56,880 bases of DNA. Origin: a virus. Lineage: Duplodnaviria > Caudoviricetes. Location: the IMG/VR virus record IMGVR_UViG_3300025676_000022, positions 1-56,880 of that record. One strand, written 5' to 3'. A program made the position numbers and the translations under genes. Positions 47,076 to 55,686 of the stretch are shown piece after piece (position 1 is the first letter of the stretch; every line of letters begins with the position of its first letter). The notes below the pieces were generated by a model, which saw only the letters and a program-made list of their open reading frames with translations, did not search any database and was not told where the DNA came from.

Positions 47076-50000
47076 TTACTCTCCTATTTGTGTTTTAAGT
47101 TCATCTATTTGAACTTGTTGTTCTTGTACTGCTTTTATTAAGACTGCTACCATTTTACCATAGTCAACACTTTTAAATGTTTCATCTGAATTTAGTTCTT
47201 TGCTTTCTTTAACTACTTCAGGTATAATTTCTTCTATTTCTTGTGCTATTACACCAATATCGTGTGCTTTATTTCTTTTTTCTTTCCAGTCATATTCTAC
47301 TGGATTCATCTTTAATACTTCTTCTAACCCATAAGAAATGGTTTTAATATTTTCTTTAAACTTTTTATCCGAAGCAGCAGAGGTTGAATATGCTACAACA
47401 TCTTGATGTGCGTGAAAATCTCCACTACTAGCCATTAAAAATAATGTTTCATCAGAATCGTTAAAATGCCAATTCATAGCACCACGATTACCCTTAAACA
47501 ACATATTTCCAGTTCCTGAGTTATCGTAATATCCTATTGTTGCATTTTCATAAGCATTACTTCCAGGAGTGTCGCTTCCACCTAAGAAAATTATACCAGG
47601 AGAATAATCACTTCCTCCATGTGCTACATATATATCATTTACATCAAGATAACCATTGATTTTTAAACCAGTATTATAAATATCTAATATACCACTTCCA
47701 TTAACTACTACATCTAAACGACTTGAACTACCACTATTTTGATTAATGTATGTATTTCCACCTGCACCATCAAGCACAAGTTTCTTAGTATTAGCCAACT
47801 CTAATCCAGTAGGAGTAATTCTTGCTGTTTCTGCTCCACTTATTCCACCATTATGAAATGTAATCATATCTGAAGAAGTACCTGAATAAATATTAACTGC
47901 GTATGATGCTGCACCAAGTTTTAGTCCACCACCACCATTGTCAAATATTCTTTGGTCGTTAGGGAATTGTATTCTAAAGGTATTTACACCAGCACCAGTA
48001 ATCATCATTTTAGTGCTATCAATAAATACTCTTTCTGTTCCACCCGCTGAAAAACCTAATGAATCAGCAGCTTTACGATACATACCAGTATTTGAATCAT
48101 TCCAAAAGTTGTACATAGGAGCTGCTGCTGTACCATCGCCACCATAAATCTTGTTTGGCATATAAGTATAACTATCTGCTACTCTTAATCTTTCATTTCC
48201 ATTTACATAGGTACTAATAATATTATCACCATTTTGCATAATCCAATCTTCATCACCACCATCAAAATAAACTCTTTTACCTGCATCTAAATTTAAGTTT
48301 CCTATTGGATTTATATTGCTTGAAGAGTCTTCTACTACAATTCTACTCCAAGTAGCAAACGAACCACTAACAGTAGTGTGTCCAATATATAATTGTTCAT
48401 TATTATTATAACCTTGTGCTAGTGCGTTCCAACCACCACCACTATCTCTTTTACCTAATAGATTAAATAGGAAGTGTTGAGCATCTAAAGGCATACCCTC
48501 ATCAGTACCTAAATTAGCGTGCATCATACGAGAATAACCTATTGGTAATGCAGCGTATTCTGCAGGAGTATTTGTACCAGTATCTAAACTTAATCCACTT
48601 GTATTACCAAATCCAGTAGCCGTATCAACTAACGCATAAGTTTTTACTTGGTCTAAGTTCGCATCTACATGAAGTGCATGTGTTTGATTTTCTGACTCTA
48701 CTCTGAAATCATTATTATGTCCACCCTCATTAACTACTAAACCATAATTAATAGTTGCTGGCGAACTCATCGTTACATTACCATTTAAAGCTATAGTTCC
48801 ATTGGTCTGGAATATCATAGCATTTGTTGTTGCAGCAGTAGATATTGCTATTTGGTCTACATGAGTAGTATCTCCAAGTCTTATAGCATTACCAGTATCT
48901 AGCTTGATAAGATTTGCTATATTACCTTGAGCATCTTCAACCTGAAAGTTTTTATTATTTGTTAATGTTACATGACCTTGTGTCCAAATACCAGTTCCAA
49001 GAGCAGTTTTAGTTAATCCATTACTTGCTAGTAATAGTTGATGTCCTAACCCTGTTTTAGATTGTGCATTATTTCCTACTGCACCATAATCGGGATTATA
49101 ACTCCATGCTAAACCATATAAGTTACCTATATTCCCCGTACTTGCTCCATCTGCAGCACCCTTATATGCTGTTCCCATACTCCAAACGTGTTGATATTTT
49201 GACGCACTATATACACCAAATACACCATGCCCATAATTTGAGGCAACAAGAGCTGTTTGAGTACCCATTGTAAGTTGAGCACCTATAGTATCTGATGTGT
49301 TGCTTCTTAAAAATGCACCACTATCTATTCCATCTAATAAGTCTGCATCTAAACCACTACCTGCTCCGTCTACTGTTTTAATAGCAGTTAAAATTTGTGC
49401 TGCAGTTTGGTCTGCTGTTGCTGATGCTTCTATACCATCTAATTTACTTCCATCAGAAGCTACATCTCTACCATCTACTGTTCCAGATACTGTTATATTA
49501 CCAACAGTATGAGTACCAGAAGTATTTACCTTAAATCTTTCAGTACCACTTGAACTACCTGTTGTTGCTCCACTTCTGAAGCTCATATCATTACCCTCTT
49601 GGAATATTGCACTTGTGCTTGTTCCTTCAAAAAATAATCTACCCGAATTAGCAGGAGTACCTGCATCTTGATTTAATAATATACCATTAGCACCACTATG
49701 ACTTACAACCAATTTAGTAGAAGCATTAGTAGTGTAATCACTACCTACAATCATATTGCCATTTGAAGAAATTCTCACTCTTTCAGTAGAGGCAGTATTA
49801 AACAATAGATTACTACCACTATCATAAACTATTCTACCACCATCTACATCTGAAACATCTCCTAAATCTATATATGCACCACTTCCATCAGCAGAAGTTA
49901 TTTGCATTATTGCATCTCCAGTAGATTGTAAGTGTAATAATCTATTTGGTGATGTAGTTCCTATACCGACATTACCATCACCCTTTAATACCATTCTTGA

Positions 50001-51683
50001 AGTGGTATTATATCCTGAATTATATAAAGAACCAAAGTGCATATTAACTTTTGACCCATCATATTCAGTATGAATTGCACCTGTAACATTTGAACTATCT
50101 CTCCATTTAATAGCACCTCTTGGTGTGTTAGCATTTGAATAATTTGTTTTAAGTGTTAAGTGTTCTTCATGTGCATCTTTATGTATAGTTAATACTCCAT
50201 AAGTTGTGTCATCTGGACCGATAGTTACTCTACCATCTCCACTAATACCCATATATTTAGCAACACCAACTTCTCCAAAAGAAATCATATTAGACTCGGC
50301 ACTAAATGAACTACCAAAATCAATATAGCCCATATCAGATGCATCTACTTTTCTATAAATTCTTTCTCTTGTAGTAGTCCAAGTACTTCCATCTGCTACT
50401 CTTTCAGATGAAAATATTAACTGATTTTCATTAGTAGATTTAGTTGCAAGTTTTAATAAATCTATACTATTTCCTGATGTAGTTCCAAGAGTAAATGAAG
50501 TTGAGTTTTCTCCAATTTGTAAAGTAGCATCTGGTGATGTAGTTCCTATACCGACATTTCCTGTGCTATCAATTCTCATTTTTTCTACAGCACCACCTAC
50601 AGCATTGTAGGCTGATACTCCAAATGTTAAAGCACCACTTGGTAAAGTTCCATTTGAACCATCTACACCATTAACACTTTTAATAAATGATGTTACATAA
50701 GGTGCATTACCACTTGCATCAGCTGCATAGTATTCTAAAGTTCCTACAACATCTCCTGTATCCCAGTCTGCACTCTGAGTAGTGTTATTAAGTCTTATTA
50801 TTGGAGAACCAGCTGCACCATCAGTACCACCTGTACCTGATGTACTTAGATAAGTTCCATCGTAAGTCAATCCTGCTTCTGCGTTCATAGCGTCTGTGCC
50901 AGTAGCAGTTAATATTCTATTATTGCTACCATTAGACATAAAGTCAGATACATCTACACTAAATGCAGTTCCAGATAAATCTAATCCAGTACTAGCTGTG
51001 TAAGTTGTGTTGGTATCAGTTTGACTTACCCAACTAAATGAACCATCTCCATCAGATTTTAAGACGTGTCCAACGCTACCATTTCCCGATACGTTTAATT
51101 CTGCTGCACCTACTGAATTGTCAGTTATTTGACTTGCACCTACAGAATCTAAATCTGCTAAAGTACCATAGTTTAAATCAAGTTTCATTTCAGCTATACT
51201 CATACCTTCTAAAGTATTAGCATCAGTAAATTTTGCATAGTCATTATCTACAGGGCTACCACTTGTATCTACTGTACCAGCACCTGTTGAATATCCATAT
51301 GCTTCTATTTTATCTGCAATAGCAGCTGAAGTCATTAAGGATGTATTGTTATCTGCGAAAGATTCAGTAGATAATTGTAGAGAGTTAGCTGCAAATTCAG
51401 AAACAGTTAGTCCTGAAACAGCGATAGCATTAGCACTTACTGAAATACCAGCACCACCTACTACATCTAAAGTAGCAGTAGAAGTACCACCACCAGTAAG
51501 TCCAGCACCAGCTACTACATTAGTTACTGTACCGCTTGTACCGCTAGTAATCTGAACAACAGAACCACCATGTTTAGTCCATAATTCATTATCGGTATAA
51601 TTATAAACTAATTCATAATTTTCTATATCAGCAGCATTTACGGGGGATACGCTCCCTCGTCTTATTTTAAATCTATTTCCCAT
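47076..51683 (-). CDS. tail/head fibre 2 with C-terminal peptidase S74 chaperone
   Basis: N-terminal FKIRRG...YELVYN anchor, [21 protein letters not shown] repeats, SDKKFKENI...IGVIAQEIE. Confidence 0.9.
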   Translation of the reverse strand: MGNRFKIRRGSVSPVNAADIENYELVYNYTDNELWTKHGGSVVQITSGTSGTVTNVVAGAGLTGGGTSTATLDVVGGAGISVSANAIAVSGLTVSEFAANSLQLSTESFADNNTSLMTSAAIADKIEAYGYSTGAGTVDTSGSPVDNDYAKFTDANTLEGMSIAEMKLDLNYGTLADLDSVGASQITDNSVGAAELNVSGNGSVGHVLKSDGDGSFSWVSQTDTNTTYTASTGLDLSGTAFSVDVSDFMSNGSNNRILTATGTDAMNAEAGLTYDGTYLSTSGTGGTDGAAGSPIIRLNNTTQSADWDTGDVVGTLEYYAADASGNAPYVTSFIKSVNGVDGSNGTLPSGALTFGVSAYNAVGGAVEKMRIDSTGNVGIGTTSPDATLQIGENSTSFTLGTTSGNSIDLLKLATKSTNENQLIFSSERVADGSTWTTTRERIYRKVDASDMGYIDFGSSFSAESNMISFGEVGVAKYMGISGDGRVTIGPDDTTYGVLTIHKDAHEEHLTLKTNYSNANTPRGAIKWRDSSNVTGAIHTEYDGSKVNMHFGSLYNSGYNTTSRMVLKGDGNVGIGTTSPNRLLHLQSTGDAIMQITSADGSGAYIDLGDVSDVDGGRIVYDSGSNLLFNTASTERVRISSNGNMIVGSDYTTNASTKLVVSHSGANGILLNQDAGTPANSGRLFFEGTSTSAIFQEGNDMSFRSGATTGSSSGTERFKVNTSGTHTVGNITVSGTVDGRDVASDGSKLDGIEASATADQTAAQILTAIKTVDGAGSGLDADLLDGIDSGAFLRSNTSDTIGAQLTMGTQTALVASNYGHGVFGVYSASKYQHVWSMGTAYKGAADGASTGNIGNLYGLAWSYNPDYGAVGNNAQSKTGLGHQLLLASNGLTKTALGTGIWTQGHVTLTNNKNFQVEDAQGNIANLIKLDTGNAIRLGDTTHVDQIAISTAATTNAMIFQTNGTIALNGNVTMSSPATINYGLVVNEGGHNNDFRVESENQTHALHVDANLDQVKTYALVDTATGFGNTSGLSLDTGTNTPAEYAALPIGYSRMMHANLGTDEGMPLDAQHFLFNLLGKRDSGGGWNALAQGYNNNEQLYIGHTTVSGSFATWSRIVVEDSSSNINPIGNLNLDAGKRVYFDGGDEDWIMQNGDNIISTYVNGNERLRVADSYTYMPNKIYGGDGTAAAPMYNFWNDSNTGMYRKAADSLGFSAGGTERVFIDSTKMMITGAGVNTFRIQFPNDQRIFDNGGGGLKLGAASYAVNIYSGTSSDMITFHNGGISGAETARITPTGLELANTKKLVLDGAGGNTYINQNSGSSSRLDVVVNGSGILDIYNTGLKINGYLDVNDIYVAHGGSDYSPGIIFLGGSDTPGSNAYENATIGYYDNSGTGNMLFKGNRGAMNWHFNDSDETLFLMASSGDFHAHQDVVAYSTSAASDKKFKENIKTISYGLEEVLKMNPVEYDWKEKRNKAHDIGVIAQEIEEIIPEVVKESKELNSDETFKSVDYGKMVAVLIKAVQEQQVQIDELKTQIGE

Positions 51684-51693
51684 TTAATTATCC

Positions 51694-52425
51694 TTATGGA
51701 TTAACGTATGTTCCAAAATCTAAAGTAGTATTTTGTATTCCACCTGATAAAGTAGTTAATCCTGATACCGCAAAAGTTCCAGTAACATCAGTATTTTTAT
51801 TTAGTTCCCATTGAGTTCCCGTGTCGTCATATAAAATACTAGGACAACCACTATATCCACCAAGAATAATACCGCCGCCATCTGCTGATGCAGAAGCTGT
51901 TGCATTTTTTGCAAGTTCTATTGCAAGGTCTGCTATTTCTACTACAGTAGAATTTACTATAGTTTGAGTTCCTGTCACCGTTAAATTAGCACCTACTGTA
52001 AAATTACCAGTAGTTCCACAATTACCAGCTAAAGTAATATCGTCTACAATAGCAGCTGCAAGAACTTGATTGTCTCCTATATGGTCACTAGTTACTGCAT
52101 CATCTGCTATCTTTGATGAAGTTACTGCATCGGCAGCTATTTCTTCTGTTGCTATACCTAAATCTTTAATTTGCACTGCACCACTATTAACTACAAAGTT
52201 GTTAGTAGAAAATGATGCTGCTCCAATTATAGTAGCAGTAGCATCTGGTATAACTCTATATGAATTAATTAGTGGCGTTGCATTCATCTGTTTTCCTATA
52301 TATAGAGTATTGTCAATATTATTCCATGCCAATTCTCCATAGGTTAACGAATCTGCAACTGGTTTATTTGCTGAACTACTAGTAGCATTCCATGCATTTC
52401 TTTTTACTCTTAATGTATTTGCCAT
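51694..52425 (-). CDS. short fibre protein
   Basis: LRVKR...LTYGELAWN...LYIG anchor; AVTSSKIADD repeats; LTVTGT.T.VNS...D..IEL. Confidence 0.7.
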   Translation of the reverse strand: MANTLRVKRNAWNATSSSANKPVADSLTYGELAWNNIDNTLYIGKQMNATPLINSYRVIPDATATIIGAASFSTNNFVVNSGAVQIKDLGIATEEIAADAVTSSKIADDAVTSDHIGDNQVLAAAIVDDITLAGNCGTTGNFTVGANLTVTGTQTIVNSTVVEIADLAIELAKNATASASADGGGIILGGYSGCPSILYDDTGTQWELNKNTDVTGTFAVSGLTTLSGGIQNTTLDFGTYVNP

Positions 52426-52437
52426 TTTATTCTCCGT

Positions 52438-53274
52438 TTAGTTGACGTATGAACCGCCATCTATGTTATTGTCGTCTACCCACTTTTGACTACTGCTATC
52501 ATATTTCAATATAGCAGAATCTTGTGGATTTGTTAAATTCGTATCATTCATTTCATCAAGAGTATCTTCTCCGCTTGATACTGAATCTACATACGCTTTA
52601 ATACTTTCTGAACTTGCTAATTTAGTAGCACTAACTCCAGACATTGTATCAGAATCTAATATTGCACTACCACTAATCCCAGTATTCAAAACTGGACTTG
52701 TTAAAGTTTTGTTTGTTAGCGATTGTGAACCTGTTAAAGTTGTTACACTACTATCTATAGCTACAGTTATTGTGTTACTAGAACCAGAAGTACTTATTCC
52801 AGTACCTCCTGCTATATCTAATGTTTCACTATCTAAATCTATATTTAATGCTCCCCCACTATCTCCTTGAAAATCTAAATCTTGTGCTGTAACTTGACTA
52901 TCTACGTAATCTTTTACAGCTGCTGAAGTTGGTAAAGTAGTATCGTTATCATTTGAACTAATACCTTCAGACTCAATAACCAATGTTGCAGCCTTTATAT
53001 TATCTACTTCTAAATTGCTAATCGTATTATTATCAGCGTTAATTGTTTTACCTGTAAATGTTTGAGCACCAGTAGCTATTGCTGTCTCATTTAAAGCATC
53101 TCTTACATTTGTAGCAGATGAGTTATCTAAACTTATAGGTATTTGAGCTGCATCAATTGTAAAACTATCTTGTGTCTTACTTGAATCTTGTATTCCCACA
53201 GTTTTAGAGGCACTACTACTTACTACTTTTCCACTTACTTCAGGCGGAGTTACTACTTTAGCAGTAATAGCCAT
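52438..53274 (-). CDS. fibre-like protein
   Basis: [31 protein letters not shown]-terminal ILKYD...KW; shares blocks with fibre 1. Confidence 0.7.
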   Translation of the reverse strand: MAITAKVVTPPEVSGKVVSSSASKTVGIQDSSKTQDSFTIDAAQIPISLDNSSATNVRDALNETAIATGAQTFTGKTINADNNTISNLEVDNIKAATLVIESEGISSNDNDTTLPTSAAVKDYVDSQVTAQDLDFQGDSGGALNIDLDSETLDIAGGTGISTSGSSNTITVAIDSSVTTLTGSQSLTNKTLTSPVLNTGISGSAILDSDTMSGVSATKLASSESIKAYVDSVSSGEDTLDEMNDTNLTNPQDSAILKYDSSSQKWVDDNNIDGGSYVN

Positions 53275-53729
53275 TATGCTGCCACCTTAAATGTATTATC
53301 TAATTGTATCGCACTTTTAGAAATAAGAACATCGCCTTGTATTTGTCTTGTATAAGTAACTCCACTACCAGTTGTATCTTTTTCTAACAATTCCCATACT
53401 CCTTCAAAATCATCTGTAAAATATTGTGTTGCTTCAGCTGGTAATGTCAAGGTTACTGTATTGCCTGATATACTTGCTACTACATCAAAATATGTTTGTG
53501 TTACCGTAGCACTTTCCCAAACATCGTTACTTCCTTCTGTGCCAACTACTCCACTATTAGCTCCAGTTTTTTGTGGTCCTGTAAAAGTAGAATTTGCAAA
53601 ATCTATTTGTATTTTACCTACAAAGTGTCTCTCAGCATCCATTGTATGAGTACTATCAAATGTTATTACATTTGTAAAATCACTACTTTGTTGTATTTCT
53701 ATATCTTGGTATTGGTTTGATGAAATCAT
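53274..53729 (-). CDS. beta-sandwich fibre-anchor protein (BppU-N-like)
   Basis: IEIQQSSDF...VTLTLPAEAT...GVWEL...TRQIQGDV. Confidence 0.5.
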   Translation of the reverse strand: MISSNQYQDIEIQQSSDFTNVITFDSTHTMDAERHFVGKIQIDFANSTFTGPQKTGANSGVVGTEGSNDVWESATVTQTYFDVVASISGNTVTLTLPAEATQYFTDDFEGVWELLEKDTTGSGVTYTRQIQGDVLISKSAIQLDNTFKVAA

Positions 53730-53738
53730 TCCTTACTC

Positions 53739-53975
53739 CTAATATAAAAATATTACGTTTGCTGAACTAGATTTTGTCGCACAAACTGGATATATATGTC
53801 CTGCTAACAATCCTGTAAACGTTACATCTACATCATTTATTGTTAGTACATAATTTCCAGCTACTTTGACATATATTGCTCTACACGCATCTTGGTCGCT
53901 TGTTGTTGCAACGACTGCTGCTATATATGGAGCTACACTTTCTCCTACTGTATAATCTAATAATCCTTTAGCCAT
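53739..53975 (-). CDS. head spike base protein (RcGTA Rcc01079-like)
   Basis: 78 aa; RAIYV.VAG...VTFTGLLAG.IYPV. Confidence 0.6.
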   Translation of the reverse strand: MAKGLLDYTVGESVAPYIAAVVATTSDQDACRAIYVKVAGNYVLTINDVDVTFTGLLAGHIYPVCATKSSSANVIFLY

Positions 53976-53987
53976 GGTTTTCTCCTA

Positions 53988-54449
53988 TTATTTAATTGCA
54001 AAAGTACTTATCGGACTAGCGATAAACATTTTGTTTTTATTACTTTCATTATCTGCTACTTTTTTATGAAATTCTCTCATATAATACTCTTTTAATTTTA
54101 TATCTCCCATTCTTTCTGCTATTTGTGCTTTCACAAAACATACTACTGCTAAAGATAATACTCTATTTAAATTTAAATAGGAAGATTCTGATGGACTAGT
54201 ATCTTCACTTAAACTAGAATCTGTAGTTGTTTCAGGGTCTTCAGCAACAAAAACTTTTTCAAGAGCAGTATATTCAATTCTTAATCCTTCTGTAATTGCT
54301 TCATCAGGGTATATAATAGAACTCATATCTCCACGAGTAACTCTTCCTTGATTATCTACAACTCTACCAGAACTTCTTAAAATTTTATAAAGACGTAATT
54401 GTTTACCTTGTTGCATATAAGCATAGTTTCTATCTGTATCATAGCTCAT
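53988..54449 (-). CDS. adaptor-like protein, paralog of 9709..10158
   Basis: Motif alignment and synteny. Confidence 0.6.
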   Translation of the reverse strand: MSYDTDRNYAYMQQGKQLRLYKILRSSGRVVDNQGRVTRGDMSSIIYPDEAITEGLRIEYTALEKVFVAEDPETTTDSSLSEDTSPSESSYLNLNRVLSLAVVCFVKAQIAERMGDIKLKEYYMREFHKKVADNESNKNKMFIASPISTFAIK

Positions 54450-54724
54450 GGATTGGTATCCTCAGTTGTATTTGGTTCACTTTGTAACCTTCTAATTCCT
54501 TTATATTTATTATCATCTTCTGTGTCTAAAATGCTAACACTTCTAATAGCAATTAATCCAGGAGGTAAATCATAATCCCTAGTATCTGCTACTATATTAG
54601 ATTTAGTTACTTTTGTATTAATTTCATTAGAAGATTGTATTTGTGTAATTGCATCTTTTATATAAGCTAATACTAATTTAGTATCACGAGAATTTACTCT
54701 TTCCATTACTTCTAAAATTTTCAT
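54446..54724 (-). CDS. adaptor-like protein, paralog of 10158..10499
   Basis: Motif alignment and synteny. Confidence 0.6.
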   Translation of the reverse strand: MKILEVMERVNSRDTKLVLAYIKDAITQIQSSNEINTKVTKSNIVADTRDYDLPPGLIAIRSVSILDTEDDNKYKGIRRLQSEPNTTEDTNP

Positions 54725-55599
54725 TATGTTGTTGCCCCTTCTTGCTGTCTTTGAGATTGTTGTTGTTGTTGAGGAGCACCTATTGCACCAGATATAGCTT
54801 GTAATTCAGATACTGCTCTTTGATAATATGCCATTGACGCTTGTAATCGTTGATTTGCAAGACTTAAATTTCCTTGTGAAACTTGTAAAACTGATGCTGC
54901 CATTTCAGGGTCTTCATCTTGTAACCAATGAATAGCTGATAAACTTGTTTTGCTTGTAGCATCTACTGAAGCCATACCACCTTCTAAAATCTTTTCAGCA
55001 TCTATTGAACTTGATAATCTTAAAAAATCTAATGATGCTGCATATAATAATGCTACATTTTCATATTCTGATAATATCCATGCATCAGTATTTTCATCAA
55101 TTAATGGGGGTGCTGAATAAACAATAACTCCTTCATCTCCTTGTCCAGCTGTTCGTGTAGTTTGAACTCCCCCTACTGGTGTGTAAACTAAATTTGAAGT
55201 AGTATCATTATAATCAGGGTCTGGTTTAATAAATATTTTACCATTCAATTTATAATACTTAGGAAACATCTTTGTAGGAAAAGATAAACTATCAGACTCA
55301 TCTGTAACGTGTATTCCAATTTCTGGAATTTCTTGAGCAATTCTTCTTTTAATACCTTCATAACGATATACTGCTAGTATTTTATCATATGCTATGTCAG
55401 AACCATTACCAATAACATTAGTAGCAGTACTTCCAATTGTTTCACGACCATTTATCTTTATTTCAGATGCAATAGTCCATAAAAATTTTTCAGGTAAACT
55501 AGCTACAATAAACTTAGCTCCAGCATTTAAATGCTCTACTAAGAATCTAGCCTTAGAACTGTTTCCAGTAATGTTATTTACTTTTTCCCATAATTTCAT
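54724..55599 (-). CDS. adaptor-like protein with Q-rich tail, paralog of 10996..12240
   Basis: Motif alignment and synteny; AAGGA SD. Confidence 0.6.
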   Translation of the reverse strand: MKLWEKVNNITGNSSKARFLVEHLNAGAKFIVASLPEKFLWTIASEIKINGRETIGSTATNVIGNGSDIAYDKILAVYRYEGIKRRIAQEIPEIGIHVTDESDSLSFPTKMFPKYYKLNGKIFIKPDPDYNDTTSNLVYTPVGGVQTTRTAGQGDEGVIVYSAPPLIDENTDAWILSEYENVALLYAASLDFLRLSSSIDAEKILEGGMASVDATSKTSLSAIHWLQDEDPEMAASVLQVSQGNLSLANQRLQASMAYYQRAVSELQAISGAIGAPQQQQQSQRQQEGATT

Positions 55600-55617
55600 A
55601 ATTTTTTTCCTTATGTA

Positions 55618-55667
55618 ATTGGGTCTCTATAGGGAGAAAGGAGGTAAAGAACCTATAAAAACCCAAT
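55618..55667 (-). terminator. stem-loop after capsid gene 2
   Basis: ATTGGGT/ACCCAAT outer and TATAGG/CCTATA inner pairing. Confidence 0.4.
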
Positions 55668-55686
55668 ATACAAATTAACTATCTAA